From positions 1 through 64,000 of the forward strand of contig JAQGDQ010000840.1 in NCBI GenBank assembly GCA_030141605.1: a DNA stretch of 64,000 nt. The letters are read 5' to 3'. Shown here piece by piece: positions 1-13,290 of the stretch (the stretch's first letter is position 1; each line of letters starts with the position of its first letter). The notes under the pieces are model-generated. The model was given only the letters and a program-made list of their open reading frames with translations. It searched no databases and was not told where the DNA came from. The DNA comes from Tubiluchus corallicola. Lineage: Eukaryota; Animalia; Priapulida. The position numbers and the translations under genes are program-made.

Positions 1-390
1 TGACAGTTATTTGATCTGTTAATGGTTATTTTGATTTAAGCTAATAACAATAGATTAAAAATGGTGATAAAATGGCAAACTTGAAAATCTACATAGCATA
101 AAAAAACTGCGCAAAGTACAGTACTTTAGAGACGACTTTGTACAGATCAGCATAGCATGCATACTAAATGTCTTAAATACTTTAAAAATTATCAGCAGTT
201 GCAAAATGAAGCACATTTTATGCTTCCATTGAATCCCAATGTATCCCGTGGGATACAGGCTATATTTAGCACGCGGGCACAGGTAGAAAAAAATAATTAT
301 TATGTGTAAACAAGATGGACATACTGAACAAAAGTACCAAAATAAAAAAAAATTCGTATTAAAAAAATAATTTGGGACTGAAAGGGTTAA
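1..390. mobile_element. Right end of a piggyBac-like non-autonomous element
   Basis: Ends in ...gggactgaaaggg followed by TTAA (387-390), matching piggyBac CCC...GGG termini and TTAA target. Left end is outside the window. Confidence 0.4.
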
Positions 391-1027
391 AGGAAATAAG
401 ATGATTTTTCATATACTAATACATTTCACATACTAATAACGGCAAGAGTATATATTTTGACACAATTAACACTGCAAAACCGTTTCTGATTAGATAGATA
501 ATCAGATAATAAACTCATTAGATAATATTAGAAAATATTAATGAATGGCGGACGAGCCTAACTATTGATGACGTCACAAACTAACATGATTTTCAACAGC
601 AATATATTCCACGAGCGTGTTGAACGTGTTTGTGAAAATAAAATAAGATCGCTACTATAAGATTTCCAGCGTGTTGTACTAAAACTGCGCAAGTTTTAAG
701 ATAAAAATTCAAATTTTAAATTTACCGCTGTGTTCACGCATGAGCTGTCGAACATGTGTAGCTCGTCACAAACGAACACGTCTGAACTTAGAGGTACAAC
801 AGCTGTTTTTGTGCAATGCGTTTCCGAAATGCAGGCGCTAGTGCCAGTCTAACTAGCGAATGGCGAAATGCAGGTAACAGTGAAGAAATCATGGCTCTTA
901 CTAGCGCGTTTGTGTGGTAATAAGTCTTTCACGTAACTCAATTTTTGAAAAAATAGCAAGTTGCATTTCTGTATTTTAAACAGTATATTGTTTTGACTTA
1001 CAATTTAACATTTCTTCCAATTTTGCT
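391..1027. mobile_element. TTAA-flanked non-autonomous DNA transposon (Kolobok-like), dispersed repeat
   Basis: Flanked by ttaa|AG...CT|ttaa. Internal 450-840 aligns by eye with 18340-18705 (ggcggacgagcctaactattgatgacgtcacaaactaacatgattttcaacagc). Confidence 0.6.
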
Positions 1028-1199
1028 TTAACAGCTAATGCTGACGTGAAGTAAATGATGATAACCACACTTACAATACGACCCCACTTGTGTACTATAA
1101 GCTTTAGCTAAGTGTTAAAGGACGGTTCACATTTAACAAAAAAAAACGAAACGCATAAGTGATTAAACCAACAAATAAGCATTAAACAAAAAGGCATAA

Positions 1200-1685
1200 A
1201 CAAGTAGTCAATAAACAAAAGTAAACAGACAAATAATTCATAAACAAAATGAAATAGTCAAATAATTATTAAACAAAAGTAAACAGACAAATAATTCATA
1301 AACAAAATGAAAGAGTCAAATAATTATTAAACAAAAGTAAACAGACAAATAACTCATAAAAAAAATGAAAGAGTCAAATTATTAATAAACAAAAGTAAAC
1401 AGACAAATATTTAATAAACAAAAGTAAACAAACGAATAATTAATAAACAAAGGTAAACAAACAAATAATTAATAAACAAAAGTATACAAACGAATAATTA
1501 ATAAACAAAAGTATACAAACGAATAATTAATAAACAAAAGTATACAAACGAATAATTAATAAACAAAAGTATACAAACGAATAATTAATAAACAAAAGTA
1601 AACAAACGAATAATTAATAAACAAAAGTAAACAAACAAATAATTAATGAACAAAAGTAAACAAACGAATAATTAATAAACAAACA
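1200..1685. repeat. ~29-bp AT-rich minisatellite (aataaacaaaagtaaacaaacgaataatt)
   Basis: Directly visible tandem units. Confidence 0.9.
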
Positions 1686-1989
1686 ATGCTTCTATCCAAA
1701 TACATGATGGATGATATTTATTCAGAACTGAAACTGCCACCTCATCTTCAACGTAAATATTGAGCGAGGTTAAAAACCGGAAATAATCAACCGTAAGCGA
1801 TGACCAATGTCCAGTCTGTACATTAATATTCCCAGAGTGACCATCGTGTGTAAAGCTGGTTTCTCGGGGAGGCAGGCAGACGACTGTGTAATTACTGAAT
1901 TAATTATTAGTCACGTGCGCTAAAATAATAAGATAATTAGAGTCTAGGGTCAATTTCATGTGTTAGTATATATGATTAGATTGATATTG

Positions 1990-4445
1990 ACACGTGCTGG
2001 TGTGGGAGTTCACGTGTGAGGGGAGGAGGGAATGGAGAATCCACGTGCTGATGTGGGAGTTCACGTGTGAGGGGAGGAGGGAGTGGGGAATCCACGTGCT
2101 GATGTGGGAGTTCACGTGTGAGGGGAGGAGTGAATGTGAGAGAGTGGAGAATCCACGTGCTGGCTTGGGAGTTCACGTGTGAGGGGAGGAGGGCGTGTGA
2201 GAGAGGGAGAATCCACGTGCTGGTGTGGGAGTTCACGTGTGAGGGGAGGAGGGAGTGGAGAATCCACGTGCTGGTGTGGGAGTTCACGTGTGAGGGGAGG
2301 AGGAAGTGGAGAATCCACGTACTGGTGTGGGAGTTCACGTGTGAGGGGAGGAGAGAGTGGGGAATCCACGTGCTGGTGTGGGAGTTCACGTGTGAGGGGA
2401 GGAGGGAGTGGAGAATCCACGTACTGGTGTGGGAGTTCACGTGTGAGGGGAGGAGGGAATGGAGAATCCACGTGCTGGTGGTGTGGGAGTTCACGTGTGA
2501 GGAGGAGGAATGTGAGTGGAGAATCCACGTGCTGGCGTGGGAGTTCACGTGTGAGGGGAGGAGGGCGTGTGAGAGAGGGAGAATCCACGTGCTGGTGTGG
2601 GGGTTCACGTGTGAGGGGAGGAGGGAATGGAGAATCCACGTGCTGGTGTGGGAGTTCACGTGGGAGGGGAGGAGGGAGTGGAGAATCCACGTGCTGGTGT
2701 GGGAGTTCACGTGTGAGGGGAGGAGGAAGCAGGAGGGAGTGAAGAATCCACGTGCTGGTGTGGGAGTTCACGTGTGAGGGGAGGAGGGAGTGGAGAATCC
2801 ACGTGCTGGTGTGGGAGTTCACGTGTGAGGGGAGGAGGAAGTGGAGAATCCACGTACTGGTGTGGGAGTTCACGTGTGAGGGGAGGAGAGAGTGGGGAAT
2901 CCACGTGCTGGTGTGGGAGTTCACGTGTGAGGGGAGGAGGGAGTGGAGAATCCACGTACTGGTGTGGGAGTTCACGTGTGAGGGGAGGAGGGAATGGAGA
3001 ATCCACGTGCTGGTGTGGGAGTTCACGTGTGAGGGGAGGAGGGAGTGGGGAATCAAGGTGCTGGTGTGGGAGTTCACGTGTGAGGGGAGGAGGGAGTGGA
3101 GAATCCACGTGCTGGTGTGGGAGTTCATGTGTGAGGGGAGGAGGGAATGTGAGAGAGTGGAGAATCCACGTGCTGGTGTGGGAGTTCACGTGTGAGGGGA
3201 GGAGAGAACGGGAGAGAGTGGAGACTCCACGTGCTGGTGTGGGAGTTCACGTGTGAGGGGAGGAGGGAATGTGAGAGAGTGGAGAATCCACGTGCTGGTG
3301 TGGGAGTTCACGTGTGAGGGGAGAAGAGAACGGGAGAGAGTGGAGAATCCACGTGCTGGTGTGGGAGTTCACGTGTGAGGGGAGGAGGGAGTGGAGAATC
3401 CACGTCTGGTGTGGGAGTTCACGTGTGAGGGGAGGAGAGAGTGGGGAATCCACGTGCTGGTGTGGGAGTTCACGTGTGAGGGGAGGAGAGAACGGGAGAG
3501 AGTGGAGAATCCACGTGCTGGTGTGGGAGTTCATGTGTGAGGGGAGGAGGGAGTGGAGAATCCACGTGCTGGTGTGGGAGTTCACGTGTGAGGGGAGGAG
3601 AGAGTGGGGAATCCACGTGCTGGTGTGGGAGTTCACGTGTGAGGTGAGGAGGGAGTGGAGAATCCACGTGCTGGTATGGGAGTTCACGTGTGAGGGGAGG
3701 AGAGAGTGGGGAATCCACGTGCTGGTGTGGGAGTTCACGTGTGAGGGGAGGAGGGAATGGAGAATCCACGTGCTGGTGTGGGAGTTCACGTGTGATGGGA
3801 GGAGGGAGTGTAGAATCCATGTGCTTGTGTATGAGTTCACGTGTGATGGGAGGAGGGAGTGGAGAATCCACGTGCTGGTGTGGGAGTTCACGTGTGAGGG
3901 AGGAGGGAGTGGAGAATCCACGTGCTGGTGTGGGAGTTCACGTGTGAGGGGAGGAGGGAGTGGAAAATCCACGTGCTGGTGTGGGAGTTCACGTGTGAGG
4001 GGAGGAGAGAGTGGGGAATCCACGTGCTGGTGTGGGAGTTCACGTGTGAGGTGAGGAGGGAGTGGAGAATCCACGTGCTGGTGTGGGAGTTCACGTGTGA
4101 GGGGAGGAGGGAATGGAGAATCCACGTACTGGTGTGGGAGTTCACGTGTGAGGGGAGGAAGGAATGGAGAATCCACGTGCTGGTGTGGGAGTTCACGTGT
4201 GAGGGGAGGAGAGAGTGGGGAATCCACGTGCTGGTGTGGGAGTTCACGTGTGATGGGAGGAGGGAGTGTAGAATCCATGTGCTTGTGTATGAGTTCACGT
4301 GTGATGGGAGGAGGGAGTGGAGAATCCACGTGCTGGTGTGGGAGTTCACGTGTGAGGGAGGAGGGAGTGGAGAATCCACGTGCTGGTGTGGGAGTTCACG
4401 TGTGAGGGGAGGAGGAAGCAGGGGAGAGTGGAGAATCCACGTGTT
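1990..4445. repeat. 51-bp G-rich minisatellite, roughly 45 copies
   Basis: Unit gtggagaatccacgtgctggtgtgggagttcacgtgtgaggggaggaggga. It explains all overlapping ORFs from 1976 to 4550. Confidence 0.95.
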
Positions 4446-4690
4446 GGTGGTGGTGATGATGATAATGACAATTACAATGGTATTGGTAGTGGTAATGATG
4501 ATGATGGCAATGACTATAATGATGAGAGTGATGACAAAGATGGCAACCACGGTGATGATGATGATGACGATGATGATGATGATGACGACGACGATGATGA
4601 GGATGATGATGATGACGACGACGACGACGACGATGATGATGTTGATGATGATGATGACGACGACGGCGACGACGATGATGATGATGGAGA
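4446..4690. repeat. Degenerate (GAT/GAC)n microsatellite
   Basis: Directly visible. Confidence 0.9.
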
Positions 4691-5989
4691 GAACAACAGT
4701 GAGGATAAAGAGATGTGAAAGTGAAATCTTGTGACATCATAAACTCGTGAAAATCAGAGTGTCTTTGTTACTCATATCGATGTGATAACTAGGCCAATTC
4801 TCATCTTCATAAACATGAATGTTTAATCACGTGCCAGACGTCTGCTGTAATTGATAGACGATGGCTAATCGATAATCACTTATCAATATTTAATTGCATT
4901 TCCTTGCCTCTAGCGCACCGCTTCGTTTAGCTGCACAGATTCCGTTTTATTGGGAAAAATATTAAATTGAAAATTGTGGAAATTGCAAAAAAACCTTCAG
5001 AATTTTGTGGACGTATTCACGAGTTCAGTGGCGCCCCGCTCTGGGTAAAACTAAGTTTCGAAATTACGGTGGCCTGTAACCGCCAACGTAGAAAAAAATC
5101 TATGAAAAAGCACAATCATAGTATGTAATAGTATGCAAAGTAGTAATTAGTAATAATAGCCGCTCCACGAACACGTAAGCAATTCGCACGTAACTACCCC
5201 TCCCCTCCCCCCTGAAAAAGAATGGACCGTCCCTTTGTGTTGGTGACAGTCTGGCCGAACTCTATTGACTTTAATTAGTAAATGAAACCAGATATTGAAT
5301 GTAAACAAGACAATTGTTTACACAATAACAATTAAAGTAAACAAGAGATTGTGACCAATAATCAGTTTTGCTTGACTAATAATAACATTAAGCAGGCCGA
5401 CAGCAGAAGTCCTTGTTCTTGGTTTGTGATTTTTACTTTGATTTTTCTCTCGCCAGATGGCAGGGCTAATTTTACATTATCAGATTGTTATGTTGTAACC
5501 CGGTGGGTATGAACGTGTATTAAGTGTTTTATGAAAGAAACGGGAGATTTTTGTCATCAAATAAAGGGGAAGGCGGGGCAAGTTGAAGCCAAAGGCAAAG
5601 CAATTCTGCCGCTTCGGTTAACTGTTTGATTAGGTCTGATACTTCATTGCAAATAAAAATTTTATTTAGGGAAAACTGGAAGAATTTTTCACACGTAGGG
5701 CAAGATGGTGCATGTTTTATCTAGGAGCAAAGAAATTTTTCCATTTATCTATAGCTTTCTAACTGTATAGCTGTTTATCAAGGTAGGTTATTGTATATTA
5801 TGGTAAACGCTTTTCTCAAAGTACAAGAAAACTTACTAAATATAGATTGCTTTACCTTCTTAATAAAGCCTGTAACGTGCTTTTTGGTGAGCCAGTGGTG
5901 CACATTGGGATGTTAGTGCTGTGACGTTTGCCAGGTGGCGCGAATATTTAATTATTTAATTATTATTATTAATTAATCAAAACTTAATT

Positions 5990-6085
5990 AAATTATTATT
6001 ATTATTATTATTATCGTCGTTGTTGTTGTTGTTGTTGTTGTTATTATTATTAATATTATTATTATCATCATCATCATCATCATCA

Positions 6086-6150
<65 letters not shown>
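5990..6150. repeat. Compound (ATT)/(GTT)/(ATC) microsatellite
   Basis: Directly visible. Confidence 0.9.
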
Positions 6151-6153
<3 letters not shown>

Positions 6154-6889
6154 TAAACTTAATTATTATTAAGAATTTTCTTTCAAATTCTTCCAATTTT
6201 TTCAAACAGATGCAGGTAAAATTATGTTGTTATAAGTTTATATGTACGAAACGCCAAAAGTATTTAATGCTCTTTTTAATACTAAAAAATCATTTTTGAA
6301 TAGTAATAGATCAGCATTGTATATTCATACTTATTTTTTAATATTAATAAATCAGTTATGAACATTCACAAATCATTAAATTTTGTTGTTATTATTGCCT
6401 TGCGAAATATTAATATTAAAAATGAATTATTAATATCTAAAATGGATTTCTTAACATACAAAAATAAGTACCAAATTTCAGTTTAGCGTTTCCATATATG
6501 GAAGAAGTTCTTTAGTACATACTGTACTTTAATATTTACATTTCTAAATTTTTCTTTCAAAATTTTATCTAAGAAAGTCGATAGACAAAGCAGAAAAACA
6601 ATTTGTCCCATCAGTGACCCCCTGCCTCCCTCCCACCCCCGGAAAACTTATGTAACAGTTTGTAAACCCCTAGTAGTGCATCTAGGTCACAGTGACAGTA
6701 AGACGCCCACCCACTAGCACACGGAGAAACCTTTGTGTTACATTACAGTGTCAATGGCTTCCTCAAGTGTTGAAAATGCAGAAGAAAACAAAATTCTATC
6801 CAACTTTAAAGAATATCTCTACTGCCGCTTAGGAAAACAGCCGCATTCCTGCTTAGAAGCGGTACGATAGAAGCAATCGGAAAGGAGTC

Positions 6890-7915
6890 TTCCCAAAATG
6901 CACCTGCTTTGCGATTTCAGCGCCTCTAGCGGTGGGTTTTTGCAGACAGTTTAGTGTAAAATTATATTGTTAATTCCACGTTTCTTCCTGTACGCCTTCT
7001 TTAAGCTTTTCTTTAGTTCGTTGTTCTTTCTTTCAGCCTTTTTTATTTTATTTTGTTTCGCTTCTTTGTTTCTTTTTCATTCTTTCTTTTTTCTTTCTTA
7101 CTTTCCTCTTTCGCTTTTTTCAAATTTCTTTCTTTTTCTTTCTTTCGTCCTTATTTTCTTTCTCTCTCTGTTTCTTTTTACTTTTCCTTTAATTCCTTTC
7201 TTCGTCTTTCTTTACTCAAAGCCGAATTTAAATAACCTTCCCATGATGCACCTGCCTTGCAATTTCAGCGCCACTAGCGGTGGGTTTTTGTAGACAGTTT
7301 ATCGTAAAATTGTACTCCTATTTCCACGTTTCTCCCTGTAGATGTTTTTCGAAGTTTTCTTTAGTTCGTTCTTCTTTTAATCAGCTTTTTCGTTTTCCTC
7401 CACCTTGCTTACTATTTTTAGTCATTCATTCATTCATTCATTCATTCATTCATTCATTCATTCATTCATTCATTCATTCATTCATTTAATTTATTCATTC
7501 ATTCATTCATTCATTCATTCATTCATTCATTCATTCATTCATTCATTCATTTGTTTCATTCATTCATTCGTTCATTTGTTTCATTCATTCATTCATTCGT
7601 TCATTCATTCATTCATTCATGTTTTCATTTATTCATTCATTCATCTTGTTTCTTTTTTCTTTCTTTCTCTCCTCATTCGGTTTTTTCTTATTTTTCTTTC
7701 TTTCTTATTTGCATTTTCTTTCCCGTTTTTTTCGTTTTCCTCTTAACTCCTTTCTTCGTCTTTCTTCATTTTTTTCTTATTTCCCTTATTCTTATCTTCC
7801 TTCCTTTAGTCGGAAACCATTTGTCAAATCGGAATTTTAACAACGTTCCCATAATGCACCTGCTCTGTGATTTGAGCGCCGCTAACGGTGGTTTTTGACA
7901 GGCACTTTATAACGC
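6890..7915. repeat. Three diverged tandem units with a conserved GC-rich core, pyrimidine-rich spacers and an internal (TTCA)n
   Basis: atgcacctg...tttcagcgcc(t/a)ctagcggtgggtttttg.agacagttta at ~6898, ~7247 and ~7854; (ttca)n at 7422-7645. Confidence 0.75.
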
Positions 7916-9719
7916 TGAAGGATAATTGAGTAAAATTACAGAATAATTTACATCGTTTCACGAAATTAGAAGCCTTTGTGACTGAAAAGAGGAGGGGGGA
8001 CAGTCTGGGAGTCCCTTTCTTTGTATGAACATCATTAACACTAAGCACATAATCTAATTACACTTTTACCATGAATTCAGTCGCTGATTTGGCATGTAAA
8101 TTTGCCTGCCTCCCTATCATTTGTGCGCCGCCCTCTTATTTGAATTTGAAAGAAGAGGTGGGTGATTTGAGTCTTGTCTTGGGTAAAATCAAGGCCCTAC
8201 GTCCTACGATCAAATTATATTATATATACATATATGCATATTACAATATTACATTATAATGTATATAATATACGTACATATATATATATATATATATATA
8301 TAGATATAGATAGATATATAGATTTATATATCTATATCTATCTATATATCTATATATTAATTCTACTGGTATGGGCTTAATATATATATATAAGATTCAA
8401 GGCTACAGCTTTGACGGCGGCACCATTTACGGCGATCTATACATCAAACGAAAGGTGTCGTGCCATTGGGGGTTTGTTTTTCGAATCGGGCCCACTGTGA
8501 GAAACAGGGGGGGGGCGAAAAACCTCCAAAATGGCCATTTTTCAGCGATTTTTTTGTAAAACTTATAACTTATACTATATACGTATACGTATATATATAT
8601 AATATACATAAATGTATAATTTATTATTCACTTACGTACAAACGTAAATGTACATTCTACAATTACAACTTCCTGTAGGTTTATACTGAAATTTACAACT
8701 ACATACTATATAATATAAAATATGCATAACACGCCTATATACGTATATATGCCTGTACGTTTATGTAGATATTTATATAGGTAAAATATGTATGGTATAG
8801 GCGTACGAAGGTAAGCCTGTAGTTGTACATCATAATATAGGCGTGTATAGCCTATATATAATTAGGTAATAACATGTATATAGTCAAACATATGTGCTTG
8901 TATATCTGTTGACTTTGCACCACTTTTAGTTCTACATTTTTAGATACTGATTTCATTTTATTTTCAAAGTTGAAGCTGTTTACAGAAAATCGTAATTGAA
9001 ACTATTTTAATTTCTTGTTTTCCTTTATAATTGTAGCTTTATTTAGTTTTAAATATACGATTTATTTGTTTCCAAAATTCTTCTTTCAAACTAGAAAGCG
9101 GTGTCCCTGAAATACCCACATTTTTGTGTAAATTGTAGAGAAAAAATAACCGGCACTTTGTTACGTCATTGAAACTTCAGAATTTGACCCATTATTACGT
9201 CATTGAAATTTCAAAGTACAACCCCACCCCACAAAACTCTCATTACTATAATTATAATTTCATCTACCCTGTAATTATAGAATGTTAGACGTAGCCTTGT
9301 CTGCTATAAGGTCAGACGTGTTGTCACGTGACCAATGTCAGCAAAACTACTTCGACTGAACAAGTTATATGATTATATACTGATGTCTGCACAAACGTGT
9401 TAATTTGCATAAATTAAAAGTAAAAAGCGTTTAATTAACGAATTATTCACACACGTCATCATAATTAAGCTTGATGAGTTTTCAAGTGTGATTTGGAGAG
9501 ACAGTTTAACGTCGCTGCTTAATCACTTGATGGTTTTTTAGAGATTTGTTAACAGAGCAAACAATGTAATACATTTCCAAATGCAAAGTTACGTCACCAG
9601 AGTGTGTTTTTGTGGATGCTCTTTTGTTTGTGTTTATTGATTACGGTATGAGACGTTTTGTTTAGAATTATCGAATTTCTGTTAGTCATTAAAGTTAAAG
9701 CAGAAGTACTGATATAGAA

Positions 9720-9725
9720 AGGGGG

Positions 9726-9757
<32 letters not shown>

Positions 9758-9910
9758 AAGAGAGAAGAGAGGGGAGACAGAGGGAGAGAAAGAGAGAGAG
9801 AAGAGAGAGAGAAGAGAGAGGGAGAGAGAGAGAGCGGAGAGAGAAGAGAGAGGGAGAGAAGAGAGAGGGAGAGAGAGAGGGGAGAGAGACAGCAAGAGAG
9901 ACGAGTGAGA

Positions 9911-9974
<64 letters not shown>

Positions 9975-9984
9975 GAGAGAGAGG

Positions 9985-10010
<26 letters not shown>
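9720..10010. repeat. (GA)n microsatellite
   Basis: Directly visible. Confidence 0.95.
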
Positions 10011-10016
<6 letters not shown>

Positions 10017-10769
10017 AACAAAGAGAGAAAGCGCCAAGAACATAGCGTTGAGTGGAGAGTTTTTGAGATATATTATAAAATATTAAAAAATCCGTTTAAA
10101 TAGTTCCAGTAATGTCTGAGAGTCTTAGGCATAGACTAGACTTATTCTTGCAAACGTTTAGTAGTTACGCCCCAACAGCGCTCTAATTTCGGTAACCTCC
10201 GCCTAGATACGCCTTCCTGACGAACGTTCCTGTGTAGATAACAGCTGAGTTACAGATAAGATCTTAATAACATCAACAAAAGAGAAAATTTAGATAAAAC
10301 AGCAGGGACAGTGCTAACACCTGCTCAGAGACTGGACGAAACCTTTGTTCTTTCCACGCTAGATGGCGCAGGTCTACTGTAAGCAGTTTGCGTGCAATGA
10401 AATGTGACAACAGCTGCCGATTCATTGAGATTTGCGCTAAGCGTTTCGCAGAATAATAATGAGCTATTATGTAATGAATATTAATAAATGAAGGGTTAAA
10501 ATAACACAAATTTATAGTCGTGTATCAATTGCGCTTAGTAGCACGTGACTAGACTTAGTAAAATCAAATTAGATACACGAATAAAAACAGCAGGAACCCG
10601 ACTTGGATTTGGTGAAGTTGCATCGTCCAGATTAAAAGAGAAAAGGAAGGATTGTGTAGACAGCAGTAAAAATGAAGTGTGATCTAAAATATTGAAAATT
10701 ACAAAACCTTTTCTTAAATCAAAGCTCACATTAAATAATAATTACCCCGGATAGTTAAATTTTGTTAAA

Positions 10770-11070
10770 CTTTAGTTTAAACATAATTTATTTAGGATTG
10801 GATCAGACAGTTTGTACAGCATGATTTAAGATCCTCACCACAACAGACTTTATACACTATTTACAAGAACATTTACAGTAAGAATAGACAATAACTGCAC
10901 AAGCTGACAAGTTTTACTACAAGATTACATTAGACATTAGTAAAAAATGACGGTTAGAAAATATTAATGTACGATTATTTAAAAATGATGCATTTTATAT
11001 CAGATAGAAACTACTGGAAGCGTTTAGTACATAATATAAAGTCATGTATGCATTGGAATATTTTACAGTT
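10770..11070 (-). mobile_element. Dispersed repeat, probable LINE 3' UTR/tail fragment
   Basis: Reverse complement of 24065-24322 and 32395-32697. All three copies end at the same 3' point (aatcctaaataaattatgtttaaactaaa) and vary at the 5' end. Confidence 0.65.
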
Positions 11071-11384
11071 AGCAACATAGTTAAATTCATCTTTTCCGAA
11101 TAATAACAACTTCAACAGATCATTAGTTCCTAAGACAACTATATTAAGGTTTTCGGGCAGGTAGGTAAGCTGTTAAACTTTCAAAGATACGCAAAGCTTA
11201 ATCCACTAAGACTGGGAATGACGCCTTTTTTACGTTCGCGTGGCCGTCAAATAGGCGTGGTACCGTGATAAGCATGATCATGAACCGCAGCGTTCGTCTG
11301 TGACGTCAGTGTGTCTTAGAGTTCACATCAGTGTCTTATAGCAATCTTTGCTCAGGCAAAGTGCTAGACGAGCAGAAAAGATGT

Positions 11385-11575
11385 CTACCATTGCACAAAT
11401 TGTAGTTAGTTTGTGACGTAAGCGATAGCTCTGTTCGGTTGCCGTTGATTAACTTTCCAAAGTATTGGTTCAAGTATAAGAAACAATTGTTAACTTTTAT
11501 AGGCAGGAAAATGTACATTTTGAACTGTAAATTAAAATGGCATTGAGTCTAATGAGTCATTCAATTTTCCTTTAA
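11385..11575. mobile_element. Fragment of the TTAA-type DNA element
   Basis: Similar to 18810-18990 (tttgtgacgtaagc.a.agct.tgttcggttgc...gagtctaa); ends in cctttaa. Confidence 0.55.
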
Positions 11576-11819
11576 AATAAACGTCATTTTTGTAATAAAT
11601 AAGATTCTAACCTGCTCTGATTAGACGGGTGAAAATCTTAAAAAGATAAGATGATAAATGAATGAGAGGTGAGCAAAGTTTCTTGTTTTGTTTCTTGTTT
11701 TGTTGGGCAGATCTTGGGCCTTCTTTTAACACATAGTTTTTTCCGTCTTGAATCTCTTCTGCACGTAATATAAGTAAATGAGTAAGCAAGCAAGTGAAGG
11801 GTAAATATATGAGTAACTA

Positions 11820-12270
11820 GATAGGTAGATAGGTAGGTAGGTAGAGAGGTAGGTAGGTAGGTAGGTAGGTAGGTAGGTAGGTAGGCAGGTAGGTAGGTAG
11901 GTAGGTAGGTTGGTAGGTAGGTAGGTAGGTAGGTAGGTAAGTCGATAGGTTGCTTGGTAGGTAGGCAAGTCTGCAGAAAGGCAGCAGTGAGTGCATTAGT
12001 GAATGAGTGAGTGAATGAGTGAGTGAATCAGTGTGTGAGTGAGTGAGTGTGTGAGTGAGTGAGTGAGTGAGTGAATAAGTGTGTGAGTGAAAGAGTGAGC
12101 GTGTAAGTGAGTAAGTTAGTGATTGAGTGAGTAAGTGAGTGAGTAAGTTAGGGATTAAGTGAGTAAATGAGTGTGTGAGTGTGAGTGATTGTGTGAGAGA
12201 GTGAGTGAGAGAGTGAGTGAGTTAGTGAGTGAGTGAGTGAGTGAGTGAGTGAGTTAGTGAGTGAGTAAGC
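11820..12270. repeat. (AGGT)n followed by (GAGT)n microsatellites
   Basis: Directly visible. Confidence 0.9.
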
Positions 12271-12787
12271 AAGCAAGTTAACAAGTAAGGAATCAAGTAA
12301 GTAACGTTATAAAACTTACAAAACTTCAATGTAAGAAATAAACTGATTCAATCTCCAGGAGGTCAGAAATTGAAACAACTTCAACACCCAATCACTGATT
12401 CTATTGTAAAACATTTAAAACGTAAATTATCTGATCTTTAGAAAGTTGAATGTCCCATCACAGGTTGTACAATAACAAGTAGCTGATGACCTCAACAAAC
12501 AAGCCTTTGATTCGAGCATGAGTCAGACAGATAATAATGTTTGACCTGTGCCAAGAATATTACGTAAGATGGCGTAGATGGACCAGCTGACACAATCCTC
12601 TCATGTCAGTAAAACCAGAAGCCAGAGCTTATTGTTATTTAGGTGGTGAATAATGAATATATTGAACACAATAAATATGTATTATAGACAGGAGGGGTGG
12701 GTTGACATATTTACATTATAGACAGGAGGGGTGGGTTGATAATATGCATTACACACGGAGGCTGCGCATTACACACGGAGGCTGCGC

Positions 12788-12795
12788 TCTCTTTC

Positions 12796-12849
<54 letters not shown>

Positions 12850-13290
12850 TTCTCTATTTAGTCTTTTCTTTTTTCCATTTTTTTCGCTCTCTGTCTTATT
12901 TTTTTCGTTCAATTATTCATTCATTCTTTCTTCCTCTCTTTCTCTCTCTCCCTATTTTTTTCTTTGTTTCCCTCCTTCCCTTCTTCATTTCTTCCTTGCT
13001 TCTTGATTTATTCTTTCCTTTCTTCCTTTCGTTCGTTCGTTCGCTCTTTCTTTATTATTTTTCCATTCCTCTCTTCACTCCTTCCTTTTTTTCGTGTTTC
13101 ATTCTCGTTGCATTGTTTCTTTCTTTCCTACATTTCTGCGTTTTGTTTCAATCCTTGTTTATTCCTTCTTCTTTACCCTTTTTCGATTCTTCATTAAATT
13201 TATTTGCTCATTCTATCTTTTGCTTCTTCATCCATACCTTTTTTACTTCTCTTTCTTTATTCATTTTTCTTTTATTCTTTTGGAACTTGT
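12788..13290. repeat. Degenerate (CTTT)n pyrimidine tract
   Basis: Directly visible. Confidence 0.85.

Noticed and set aside
4380-4718. Asp-rich biomineralisation-like protein
   Set aside because: No ATG start, signal peptide or acceptor; same character as other trinucleotide microsatellites in the window.
1976-4740. Many long overlapping ORFs on both strands
   Set aside because: They arise from a nearly stop-free 51-bp unit and a GAT tract; all frames are open and frameshifts are frequent.
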